Positions 8,992 to 16,956 of a stretch of 64,000 bases of DNA are shown here, piece by piece. The stretch covers positions 12,375 through 76,374 of the forward strand of contig CAZTGV010000004.1 of NCBI GenBank assembly GCA_964613475.1, read 5' to 3'. Made by a program: the position numbers and the translations under genes. Positions within the stretch are counted from its first letter, which is position 1. The number at the start of each line of letters is the position of its first letter. The notes under the pieces were generated by a model that was not told where the DNA came from, searched no databases, and was given only the letters and a program-made list of their open reading frames with translations. This DNA is from an uncultured Gemmatimonadota bacterium. GTDB taxonomy: Bacteria > Gemmatimonadota > Gemmatimonadetes > Palauibacterales > Palauibacteraceae.

Positions 8992-10842
8992 TCAGCCCTC
9001 CCCGCCCCGCGGCCCGCCGCCCGCCACCACCGGCCGTGCGCCGCCGGGGACGGCCGGCGCCAGCCCCTTCGCCACCACCGGCTTCTCCGCCAGGCCGCCG
9101 AGCCAGAAGATCAGCCCGACCAGCCCGAAGAAGAGGAGCACGCAGAGGCTGATCATGGTGGCCGCCGGGCCGAGGGCCGGGGTCGCGGCCTGCGCGCTCG
9201 TGTCTCGGATCACCTCCCAGACGTGCCAGTGCTGCCGGATCCCGCTCCGCGCGAAGCCCATCAGCCCCATCAGCCAGGTGAAGGTGACCGCGAGGATGAA
9301 GAGGGCGTACTGGGAGCGCGCCGGCATCTCCCCCCAGCGGATCGGACCACGCGACCGGGCGCCGCGCAGCATCGCGATGTCGATCCCGAGGACGAACAGG
9401 ATGGTCGCGAGCACGGCCAGCACCTGATAGACGCTGAAGCCGATCCGGACGATCGCGGTCACGAAGTAACCGTAGATCCCGTAGAAGAGCACCACGGCCG
9501 CCGCCAGGACGAAGGCCGCGCCCTGGGCCGTCGTGCCGGCGCGCGCCCAGGACACCGTCGGCTCCTTGTTCGCCCGGCGGTACATCATGAACGAGAGGAA
9601 GGTGGTGAGGATCATCAGGTTCACGGCCGTGTTCTTCGCGCTCATCACGCCGAGGACCCCGAGGAAGGGATGGTGCGTCCCGCCCATGGCCGCGATCTCG
9701 TCGCGTCCCGCGATCATCGTGTGCGGCGTCGCCCACACGATGACCCCGAGGACGAGCACGGCCAGCATCCACTTCACGTAGGGCTCGAAGCGCTCGCCGC
9801 CCGGGATCCGCCCGAAGCCGACCCACAGGTAGTAGTTGCCGGCGAGGAAGAGGACGCCGATGAGGAAGGCCTGGATGATCCAGAGCCAGCTCATGAAGCC
9901 GCCCATCATGGTGATCCCCATCGACTGGTCGTACTCGTAGATCTCCCGCCCCAGCCAGTAGCCGGCGAAGGGGAGCACGATCAGGAAACCGATGGCGATG
10001 AAGTTCCCCGTATAGCCCATCCAGTCGTAGTGGGCCCGCTCCTCCCGCGTCCGCGCGGCCAGGAAGCGGTAGGCGGCGTAGGCGCCCACGATCGCGCCGC
10101 CGAACACGACGTTCGCCAGCAGCCGGTGGATGTTGATCGGCATCCAGGTCGCGTTGGCGATCGCGGTCCACAGGCCGATCTCGGCGGCCGCGGTCTCGGG
10201 GGTCATCCCCTCCGGCGGGCTCATCATGTAGGTGAGCCAGGAGTTCGCGATGAACATCACCAGGGTGCCCCACACGTTCAGCGCCACTCCGAGCCCGAGG
10301 TGGACGCCCTTCGCCATGCCCTCCTTCCACTGCTCCCACCCGTAGTAGTAGAGGTAGAGCGTGAAGGACTCCACGAAGAAAAGGCCCGCGTACGCCCACA
10401 TGGAGGGGGCGAAGATCTCGGTCAGGTGCCGCCAGAAGGTGGGGTACAGGGTGGAGAGGAAGAAGACGAGCACGGCGCCCCAGATGGCCGTCGCCGAGTA
10501 GGCCACCAGCAGGAGCCGCGTGAATTCCTTGGCCAGCTTGTCGTAGCGCTCCTGCTTCGTGAAGTGGCCGACCGCCTCGACCACGACCGCGAACATCGGC
10601 ACGCCGAGCACGAAGGCGGCGAAGAGCAGGTGGAGCTGCGCCGCGATCCACACGGCGCCCCGCGGGCCGACGAGCGGAAACTCGCCGTAGTCCATCGCCG
10701 CTTCCTGCGCGCCGGCCGGGACGGCCAGGAGCGCGGCGAGGGCCGCGGCCGCCCCGAGGGCGAGGGCCGCGCGCGCCGCGGCCCGTCGGCTCCCGCCCGC
10801 CTTCCGCCCGGGGATCGCGGCCCGCCCGGCGCGGGGGCTCAC
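8992..10842 (-). CDS. cytochrome bd subunit I (CydA)-like membrane protein, no adjacent cydB
   Basis: Helix 1 reads AAQLHLLFAAFVLGVPMF, comparable to E. coli CydA YHFLFVPLTLG. The protein is polytopic. The GTG at 10842 forms a GTGA overlap with the radical SAM stop and adds a signal-like RRAAARAALALGAAAALAALLAVPAGAQ. An alternative start is the ATG at 10695 (MDYGEF). The ORF-track extension up to 12060 overlaps the radical SAM gene and is rejected. Confidence 0.8.
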   Translation of the reverse strand: MSPRAGRAAIPGRKAGGSRRAAARAALALGAAAALAALLAVPAGAQEAAMDYGEFPLVGPRGAVWIAAQLHLLFAAFVLGVPMFAVVVEAVGHFTKQERYDKLAKEFTRLLLVAYSATAIWGAVLVFFLSTLYPTFWRHLTEIFAPSMWAYAGLFFVESFTLYLYYYGWEQWKEGMAKGVHLGLGVALNVWGTLVMFIANSWLTYMMSPPEGMTPETAAAEIGLWTAIANATWMPINIHRLLANVVFGGAIVGAYAAYRFLAARTREERAHYDWMGYTGNFIAIGFLIVLPFAGYWLGREIYEYDQSMGITMMGGFMSWLWIIQAFLIGVLFLAGNYYLWVGFGRIPGGERFEPYVKWMLAVLVLGVIVWATPHTMIAGRDEIAAMGGTHHPFLGVLGVMSAKNTAVNLMILTTFLSFMMYRRANKEPTVSWARAGTTAQGAAFVLAAAVVLFYGIYGYFVTAIVRIGFSVYQVLAVLATILFVLGIDIAMLRGARSRGPIRWGEMPARSQYALFILAVTFTWLMGLMGFARSGIRQHWHVWEVIRDTSAQAATPALGPAATMISLCVLLFFGLVGLIFWLGGLAEKPVVAKGLAPAVPGGARPVVAGGGPRGGEG

Positions 10843-12221
10843 GCCTCGTCCTCCCCCGCCCGGGCGAAGAAGGGAAGCCGCCGCGAGAAGTCCACGGGCA
10901 GCGCGCGGCGCACCTCGGCCATCACCTCCGGCGTGACCCGCTCGTAGCCCCGCTCGCGGGCGAACGCCTCCACCCGCCCCGCCACGACGCCGCGCACGAA
11001 CGAGGGAATCCCCTCCAGCCGCGCCTCCGCCTCGGGCGACCAGGAGAGCTCGCGCCGCGCCGGGTCCCCGTAGCGGAGCCTCCGGGCCGGACGCACGGGC
11101 GGCCGCATCCCCTCGGGCTCGTACGCGCAGGAGGGGTCCGGCCCGAGCGGGTCGCCGTCCACCGCGTACGCGCGGGCCCGGCAGCCGCCGCACACCTCCC
11201 GGTACTCGCAGCGCCCGCACTTCCCGCCCAGGGAGCCCTCCCGCAGGAGCCGGAAGAGGCGGCTGTCGCGCCAGATGTCGGAGAAGGACGCCTTCGCCAG
11301 GTCTCCGGCCACCGCGGGCAGGTAGGGACAGGGGGTGACCTTCCCCTCCGGGGTGATCCGGCAATACTGCACGCCGCACGGGCAGCGCGTCCGGTAGTGC
11401 AGCAGGGGCGACTCCGGGTCGCGCTCGAAGACGTGGCGCATGAGCTGGGGCTGGCACTTGGACCGGATCATGAGCCGACCGCGCCAGGCGCGCTGGAGCT
11501 CCACGAGCTCCCGGAGGACCTCGTCGTTCTCCTCCGGCGCCAGCCCCCGCATGCCGGCGCCGCGCCCGGTCTCGACCAGGAAGTAGACGTTCACGCACAC
11601 CGCGCCGGCCGAGGCCGCCCAGCCGACGATCGAGCCGAGCTCGTCCCGGTTGCCACGGGTGAGGCTCGTCTGGACGAGGAAGTCCAGCTTCCGCATCCGC
11701 AGGCGCTCCACGGCCGCCAACGTGTCCGCCAGGGCCCCATCGCCGTGCCGGAAGCGGTCGTGGTAGCGGGGGTCGAGCGAGTCGATGCTCAGCGCCACCC
11801 CGCGCACGCCTGCCTCCTTGAGCGAGGCGATCCGGGCGTCGGTGAGCCGGGTGCCGTTCGTCCCGACCACCACGGTGGCGCCGCCGCCGCTCGCCCGCGC
11901 GGCGATCGTCTCCAGGTCCTCGCGCAGGAGCGGCTCGCCGCCGCTCAGGATGAGGAGGACCGCCGGGTTGGCCGCCAGGACCTGGTCCACCACCTCCAAC
12001 GCGCGGGCGGTGTCCAGCTCCCCGGCGGCGGTGTGCCAGGCCCCGGCCGAGATGTAGCAATGGGCACAGGCCAGGTTGCAGCGTCGGGTGAGGTTCCAGG
12101 CGATGACGTGCGGGACCGCGGCCGCATCGGCGCCGGAACGCTCCGCCGTCCGGGACTCCCGCAGCCGGGCCGCGAGCCCCCGCGACGCCAGGGCCGCCCC
12201 CGCGTCCCTCGCGCCCCTCAC
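10839..12221 (-). CDS. radical SAM/SPASM enzyme (NirJ/AhbC/AhbD-like) with C-terminal PCP_red-like domain
   Basis: GTG at 12221 forms a GTGA overlap with the upstream stop. Radical SAM cluster motif CNLACAHC. SPASM cysteines CPCGVQYC...CPYL...GKCGRCEYREVCGGCRARAY. C-terminal segment WSPEAEARLEGIPSFVRGVVAGRVEAFARERGYERVTPEVM. Confidence 0.85.
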   Translation of the reverse strand: MRGARDAGAALASRGLAARLRESRTAERSGADAAAVPHVIAWNLTRRCNLACAHCYISAGAWHTAAGELDTARALEVVDQVLAANPAVLLILSGGEPLLREDLETIAARASGGGATVVVGTNGTRLTDARIASLKEAGVRGVALSIDSLDPRYHDRFRHGDGALADTLAAVERLRMRKLDFLVQTSLTRGNRDELGSIVGWAASAGAVCVNVYFLVETGRGAGMRGLAPEENDEVLRELVELQRAWRGRLMIRSKCQPQLMRHVFERDPESPLLHYRTRCPCGVQYCRITPEGKVTPCPYLPAVAGDLAKASFSDIWRDSRLFRLLREGSLGGKCGRCEYREVCGGCRARAYAVDGDPLGPDPSCAYEPEGMRPPVRPARRLRYGDPARRELSWSPEAEARLEGIPSFVRGVVAGRVEAFARERGYERVTPEVMAEVRRALPVDFSRRLPFFARAGEDEA

Positions 12222-14410
12222 GCCTCCTCGCCCCGCTTCCCCGCCTCGTCGGGGGAGCCGGAGCGCTCCTCCGCCATCATGCGACGCACCGCCGCTTCCG
12301 CCTCTTCGGCGGAGGCCAGCTTGAAGTCGACCGGACACTCCTTCGACTTCGCCTCGATGTCCCGGATCGGGCACCGCGTCACGCCGGACGCCTTCGCCTC
12401 CTCGATGAAGCGCTTCATCTCCGGGCTGAGCGCCTCCGCGCCCGCCGCCTCGGCGCGCGCCTGCTTCGCCTTCAGCTCGTTGAACATCACGAGCATCGTG
12501 TCCATGTCGAACTCGTCGGCGGCGATCATCGCCTCGCGGTTCTCGTCCATCACCCGGGTGGTGACCCGCCACAGCCCCTGACCGCGGGCGAAGCGCTCCA
12601 CCGTGTTGCGCGCCAGCGGGCGGGCGATCAGCGGAACCCGGCGCAGGCGCTCGAACGCCTCGTGCGTCCACACGATCGGATCCGCCTCGGTGCGGTCGCG
12701 GGTCGATTCGGTCCCGGTGACCGGGCAGCGGGCCCGGACGGGCGGCGGCGTCTCGAAGCGGTCTTCGTCGTGCGTCTCGACGACGGTGCGCTTCATCGCC
12801 TCCTCCGCCTTCACCTCGGCGAGGGCGATCTCCTCCGCGTCGCCGATGCCCATGACGAGCTGCATGTGGGTCGGGAGCAGCTTCTGGATCGCCTCGTCCA
12901 GCCGCTCGCCCGTCACCACCGGGAGGTCCTCCCGCCGCGGGGCGCGCTGGCCGTTCGCCCCCGCCCCCCCGTCCTTCCCGTTCGAGCGCGACGGACCGCC
13001 GGACCCGTTCGCCCACTCCGCGTCTCGGGCCCCCTCGCCCTCGGAGCGCCCGACCGGACGCGCCTTCCAGTCGTCCACGAAGGCCGCCGCGTAGCGGCTG
13101 CCGGGACCGTAATGCTCGAGCACGTACTCCTCCACCGCGCTCCGCGCGATCCCCTGCGCGAACGGGGGGACCCGGAGGATCCGCACCTCGGCGTCGGGCG
13201 CCCACTCGAGCCCCTGCTCCCCGTCCTCCTCGATCCACGGGATCTCATCCGGGCGGACGTCGGTGGTGCCGATGAGGAGCGTGTTGGCGGGCGCCAGGCG
13301 CGCCAGGTTCTCGGCCTGGCTCCCCAACTCGGTCCCCTCGATCCGGTGCGATCCGTGGCGAGCGAGGATGAGCAGGGAGGGCCGCACCTCCTCCATCCAC
13401 TGGAGGACGACCTGGAACGGCTTCCCGACCAGCACCTGCGTCTCCACCTCCACGTCGGGATACTCGCCCGCCATCACCTCGGCGCGCTTCAGGTTGGCCT
13501 GGCAGAGCCTGAGGAGTCCCTTGTCGATGATGTTGTTGTGAAGCTCCTCCTGCTCCTCGAACTTGAAGACCTTGGAGGCCTGGACGGAGAGCACGTCCTT
13601 GATGTTGTGGAAGACGACGTGGTGGTACTGCACGTCGAAGGCGCTGCACACGTAGAGCTCGACGCCGAACTCGCGCGCCATCTCGAGCGCCACCCGCATG
13701 CCCTTGTAGGCGTAGGCGGAGCCGTCCACGCACACCATGAACGGGCCCTCGGCGAGCGGGCGCCCGTCCCGCACGATGAGCGCGTCCTTGCGGATCCCGC
13801 GGAGCGCGCGCGAGACCACGCCGCCGAGCTGGCTCGCGGGCTGGCGGCCGAGCCCGTGCGCGCCGATCACGACCAGGTCGTAGTCACGTCCGGAGCTTCC
13901 GGCGAGCTTCTCCTCCCGGCTCTCCTCCTCGGCCACGAGCCGGCCGTCCTCGCCCACCTGCACGTCCCCCCGCACGGTGGAGCCCCCGTCGTAGTTGTGC
14001 GCGATGTTCGGATCGAAGCCGATCAGGCTGGGCAGCCGCCCTTCCCCGCCGTTCGCCTCCTTGACGATCTCCTCGAAGTTGATGCCCTCCAGGAGCTGGC
14101 GGGTGAGGGGGACGCCGGCCGCTTCGCACCGACGATGGACCTGGTCGAGGAAGCTGTCCGAGATGAGCTGGAGGCCCTTCTCGATCAGCTTGTCGTGGAT
14201 CCGGCGCTGCCGCCGGATCTCGTCCGGGGCCTGGAACTGGGCGGGAAGGCCGATCTCGAGCTGACGGAAGCGGACGTCGTGCAGCCGGGCGGCGTACACG
14301 TGGGTGCCGGTGATCCGGCCGCCGGAGCGCTCGCAGATCTCGATCGCGCGGTCGACCGCCCAATCGGAGTGCTCCGAGTTGTCGACCGGTACGAGAAGCT
14401 CTCCGTACAT
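12218..14410 (-). CDS. tandem universal stress protein (USP-USP) fused to two PCP_red-like domains
   Basis: ATG at 14410 is preceded by GGAG. USP motifs DLVVIGAHGLGRQPASQLGGVVSRAL and SLLILARHGSHRIEGTELGSQAENLA. PCP_red-like segments are LEWAPDAEVRILRVPPFAQGIARSAVEEY and IVWTHEAFERLRRVPLIARPLARNTVERFARGQG. Confidence 0.8.
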   Translation of the reverse strand: MYGELLVPVDNSEHSDWAVDRAIEICERSGGRITGTHVYAARLHDVRFRQLEIGLPAQFQAPDEIRRQRRIHDKLIEKGLQLISDSFLDQVHRRCEAAGVPLTRQLLEGINFEEIVKEANGGEGRLPSLIGFDPNIAHNYDGGSTVRGDVQVGEDGRLVAEEESREEKLAGSSGRDYDLVVIGAHGLGRQPASQLGGVVSRALRGIRKDALIVRDGRPLAEGPFMVCVDGSAYAYKGMRVALEMAREFGVELYVCSAFDVQYHHVVFHNIKDVLSVQASKVFKFEEQEELHNNIIDKGLLRLCQANLKRAEVMAGEYPDVEVETQVLVGKPFQVVLQWMEEVRPSLLILARHGSHRIEGTELGSQAENLARLAPANTLLIGTTDVRPDEIPWIEEDGEQGLEWAPDAEVRILRVPPFAQGIARSAVEEYVLEHYGPGSRYAAAFVDDWKARPVGRSEGEGARDAEWANGSGGPSRSNGKDGGAGANGQRAPRREDLPVVTGERLDEAIQKLLPTHMQLVMGIGDAEEIALAEVKAEEAMKRTVVETHDEDRFETPPPVRARCPVTGTESTRDRTEADPIVWTHEAFERLRRVPLIARPLARNTVERFARGQGLWRVTTRVMDENREAMIAADEFDMDTMLVMFNELKAKQARAEAAGAEALSPEMKRFIEEAKASGVTRCPIRDIEAKSKECPVDFKLASAEEAEAAVRRMMAEERSGSPDEAGKRGEEA

Positions 14411-14688
14411 CCGCGCTCCGGGCCTCGAGTGACGTGAGGGCGATCGAGCGTGCCGGCGGCGGCCGGCGGGCGAGGCGGCTCCGAACCGCACGAACCCGGA
14501 GGGCCCCTCGGAGGGGTCCGGACCGGTCGCGCAGTCTTTGGATCTATGACCGCTTACGAGCCCGCGGCTCGCCCGTGTCGTATCGATGCCGTCCCCCGCG
14601 CCCGGACGGGTGGCGGAGGACTCGTCCTCGGCTTCCATAAGCTGTTTCGGTGCCGGGCCTTCGGAGCGGCCCGGCGAGCGCCGCAGAA

Positions 14689-14717
14689 TCTATATCGCCG
14701 GGGACCCGGGAAGTCAA
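14689..14717 (-). promoter_or_regulatory. candidate sigma-70-type promoter for the USP / radical SAM / CydA-like transcription unit
   Basis: The minus strand reads TTGACT-N17-TATAGATT. It is one of the few AT-richer islands in a 400-nt non-coding gap and lies about 280 nt upstream of the ATG at 14410. Confidence 0.35.
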
Positions 14718-14811
14718 ACGCCCGGCGCCCGGCTGCCGGGCTCGGAGCCGGCGATGCATCCCGGGCCGCCGGGCGCCCGAAGCGCCGGGAGCAGTGGGCG
14801 GGGACCGGGGG

Positions 14812-15051
14812 TCACGGAACCAGATAGCGCCCCCCCTCGTCCCGCACGGTGATCGCGTCCACCGGGCAGGCGGCGCACGCCTCCAGCAAGCGCTCCCGAG
14901 TCACGGCGTCGGGGTGCAGGAACACCGCGATCCCGTCCTCGTCCAGCTCGAACGCGTCCGGGGCGGCGGTGACGCAGTCGCCGAAGCCCACGCACAGGTC
15001 CCGGTCGATCCGCACTTCCAGCCCGTGCACGCGCTTCACCGAGTCGTCCAC
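14812..15051 (-). CDS. small single-cluster ferredoxin ([3Fe-4S]/[4Fe-4S] type)
   Basis: 79 aa. DRDLCVGFGDCVTAAPDAFELDEDG...ACAACPVDAI matches the pattern of small actinobacterial-type ferredoxins. Confidence 0.8.
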   Translation of the reverse strand: MDDSVKRVHGLEVRIDRDLCVGFGDCVTAAPDAFELDEDGIAVFLHPDAVTRERLLEACAACPVDAITVRDEGGRYLVP

Positions 15052-15115
15052 GCGTCCCTTTCTTCCCGCGTCCCCGCCGGGGTCTCCGGCGAGCTTCGCG
15101 CGCCCCCGGCCCGCA

Positions 15116-15550
15116 TCACATGCCCTCCAGCCCGAGCTCGGTCCGCGCCCGATCCATGATCTCCGGGGTGATCTCCTCGATCTCCCGCTCCTTCGCCCAG
15201 TCGGCGTAGATCCGCTTCACCATCCCGCGCACGAAGCTCGGCACGCGCTCGAGCCGCTCCACCGCCTCCAGGCTCCACCTCACCGGTGCGGCGCGCTGGT
15301 CGCGGAAGGCGTCCGGTCGCCCCTCCCGGACCGAGCCGCGGACCAGCTCCATCGGCTGCTCGGGGACCGTCCGCCCCCCCACCTTCACGCCCAGGCTGCT
15401 CACGAGCTGCGTCTCCATCGGATTGGTGAGCAGGGCGGTCTTGCGGCCGCACGCCGGGCAGCGGAACACCGCGGCCAGGGTGCCGTCCCCGGGAACCGCC
15501 CGTTCCTCGAAGGCCATCTGCCGGTCGCACTCGACGCACAGGAACTTCAT
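15116..15550 (-). CDS. zinc-ribbon protein with C-terminal PCP_red-like domain
   Basis: ATG at 15550 forms an ATGA overlap with the Mrp stop. N-terminal CVEC...CPAC zinc ribbon. C-terminal segment RWSLEAVERLERVPSFVRGMVKRIYADWAKEREIEEITPEIM. Confidence 0.7.
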   Translation of the reverse strand: MKFLCVECDRQMAFEERAVPGDGTLAAVFRCPACGRKTALLTNPMETQLVSSLGVKVGGRTVPEQPMELVRGSVREGRPDAFRDQRAAPVRWSLEAVERLERVPSFVRGMVKRIYADWAKEREIEEITPEIMDRARTELGLEGM

Positions 15551-16452
15551 GGCTCCCGTCTCGCTCCGCGCTCCGACGATCGCGACTCTTCCAGGAGCCG
15601 ATCCGTCAGGGCGCGCAAGCCCCGCCCCGCCGCGGTCTCGAGGAGACCGGCCGGGTCCCCCGCCTCGGCGCGCTCCGCCGCCCCCGGATCGAAGGGAAGC
15701 CGGCCGAGCAGGGGCACGCCGAACCGCGTGGCCAGCGCCCGCCCGGCGTCCCCCGGAAAGAGGGGCGAGAGCTCGGAGCAGCCCGGACAGGCGTAGCCGG
15801 CCATGTTCTCGACGATCCCGAGCACCCGGATGCCGCGCCCCTCGCACAGCGCGAGCGCGCGCTCCACGGACGCCCGCGAGGCGCCGGAGGGGAGGGTGAC
15901 CGCCACCGCGCCTTCGAGGTCCGGCGCGAGCCCGGCCAGCTCCAGCAGCCGCTGGGCGCCCGGGGGGAGGTCGACCACCAGCAGATCGCGCTCCCCCCAG
16001 GCCACGTCCGACAGGAACTCGCGGAGCGTCCCCCGCTCCTGGACCCCGCGCCACACGAAGCCCTCCGCTCCCGGCTCCCGCCACTCGAGCGGGCGGCCCT
16101 CCCCCAGGAAGAGGGAGGTGGCCATCAGCGCCACCCCCGCCGCCGTGTCGGCCGGCCGCACGCCGTTCGCGCCCACCTCCAGCGGCCCGGCGTCCGCCCC
16201 GAGCAGCCGGGCGGCGGTCGGACCGTTCAGGTCCGCGTCCAGCAGGCCCACCCGCCGGCCCGTCGCGGCGGCCGCCGCGGCCAGGCCGGCCGCGACCAGG
16301 CTCTTCCCCACCCCACCCTTGCCGCTGGTGACCGCGACCAGCCGACGGATGCCGGACAACCGGGCGGCGACCCTCTCCTCCTGCCGGCGCAGCTGACCGG
16401 GCAGGTCGGAGCCGTCCGCCTCCGACAGCTCGTGGTAGGTCCGGATCCGCAT
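15547..16452 (-). CDS. Mrp/NBP35/ApbC-family Fe-S cluster carrier ATPase
   Basis: ATG at 16452. Deviant Walker A VTSGKGGVGKS, VVDLPPG, and CPGC in GYACPGCSE. The ORF-track N-terminal extension to 17799 is R/P/G-rich and overlaps other genes. Confidence 0.9.
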   Translation of the reverse strand: MRIRTYHELSEADGSDLPGQLRRQEERVAARLSGIRRLVAVTSGKGGVGKSLVAAGLAAAAAATGRRVGLLDADLNGPTAARLLGADAGPLEVGANGVRPADTAAGVALMATSLFLGEGRPLEWREPGAEGFVWRGVQERGTLREFLSDVAWGERDLLVVDLPPGAQRLLELAGLAPDLEGAVAVTLPSGASRASVERALALCEGRGIRVLGIVENMAGYACPGCSELSPLFPGDAGRALATRFGVPLLGRLPFDPGAAERAEAGDPAGLLETAAGRGLRALTDRLLEESRSSERGARREP

Positions 16453-16463
16453 CCCCCGGTCCG

Positions 16464-16847
16464 TCACAAGTCCCAGCCGGCCCGCGCCAGCATCCAGAGG
16501 TTCACCAGGACGACCACCAGCGCGGTGAGGTAGAAGCCGCTGCCCAGCGCCGCGTCCGGTCGCGGGAAGAAGGCGCCCCCGATGAGGGCGGGGAGCCGGA
16601 GCGCGTGAACCGCCCACACCAGCCGGGCCACCCACCGGTTCTGCCACCACCAGAGCGCCCAAACGATGATCGCCAGCACCGCGACGCCCGCCAGCAGCCA
16701 GATCCACACCGGGCCCCGCCCCGCCGGAAGCGCACCACGGCCGTGCGCCACCCAGACCGCGGCCAGATAGAGGAGGCCCACGTGCAGGTAGACGAACGCC
16801 GCTTGCCGGAACTTCCGGGATCGCTCGGGACCGTGCGCGGGCGCCAT
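16464..16847 (-). CDS. hypothetical 4-TM membrane protein
   Basis: ATG at 16847 (MAPAHGPERSRKFRQAAFVYLHVGLLYLAAVW...). It has four hydrophobic helices and lies 11 nt upstream of the Mrp gene. Confidence 0.5.
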   Translation of the reverse strand: MAPAHGPERSRKFRQAAFVYLHVGLLYLAAVWVAHGRGALPAGRGPVWIWLLAGVAVLAIIVWALWWWQNRWVARLVWAVHALRLPALIGGAFFPRPDAALGSGFYLTALVVVLVNLWMLARAGWDL

Positions 16848-16956
16848 CGGCACAACGTGCCCGCCGGAGCGCGGACCCGTCAAGCCGCCGCGGGCCGGGA
16901 GGCGCGCTCCGGCGCGCCGCTGTCCGACGGGGCGTCCCGGCCCTAGCTTGCGCCCC

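Noticed and set aside
10843-12060. Upstream extension of the CydA-like ORF (1022-aa version)
   Set aside because: The extension overlaps the radical SAM/SPASM gene in a different frame and is Arg/Gly/Pro-rich. The GTG at 10842 (GTGA junction) or the ATG at 10695 are sensible starts.
14544-14759. 71-aa minus-strand ORF, and plus-strand ORFs, inside the 400-nt gap upstream of the USP gene
   Set aside because: They are Arg/Gly/Pro-rich with no RBS. One would span the promoter-like element. The region is treated as non-coding leader instead.
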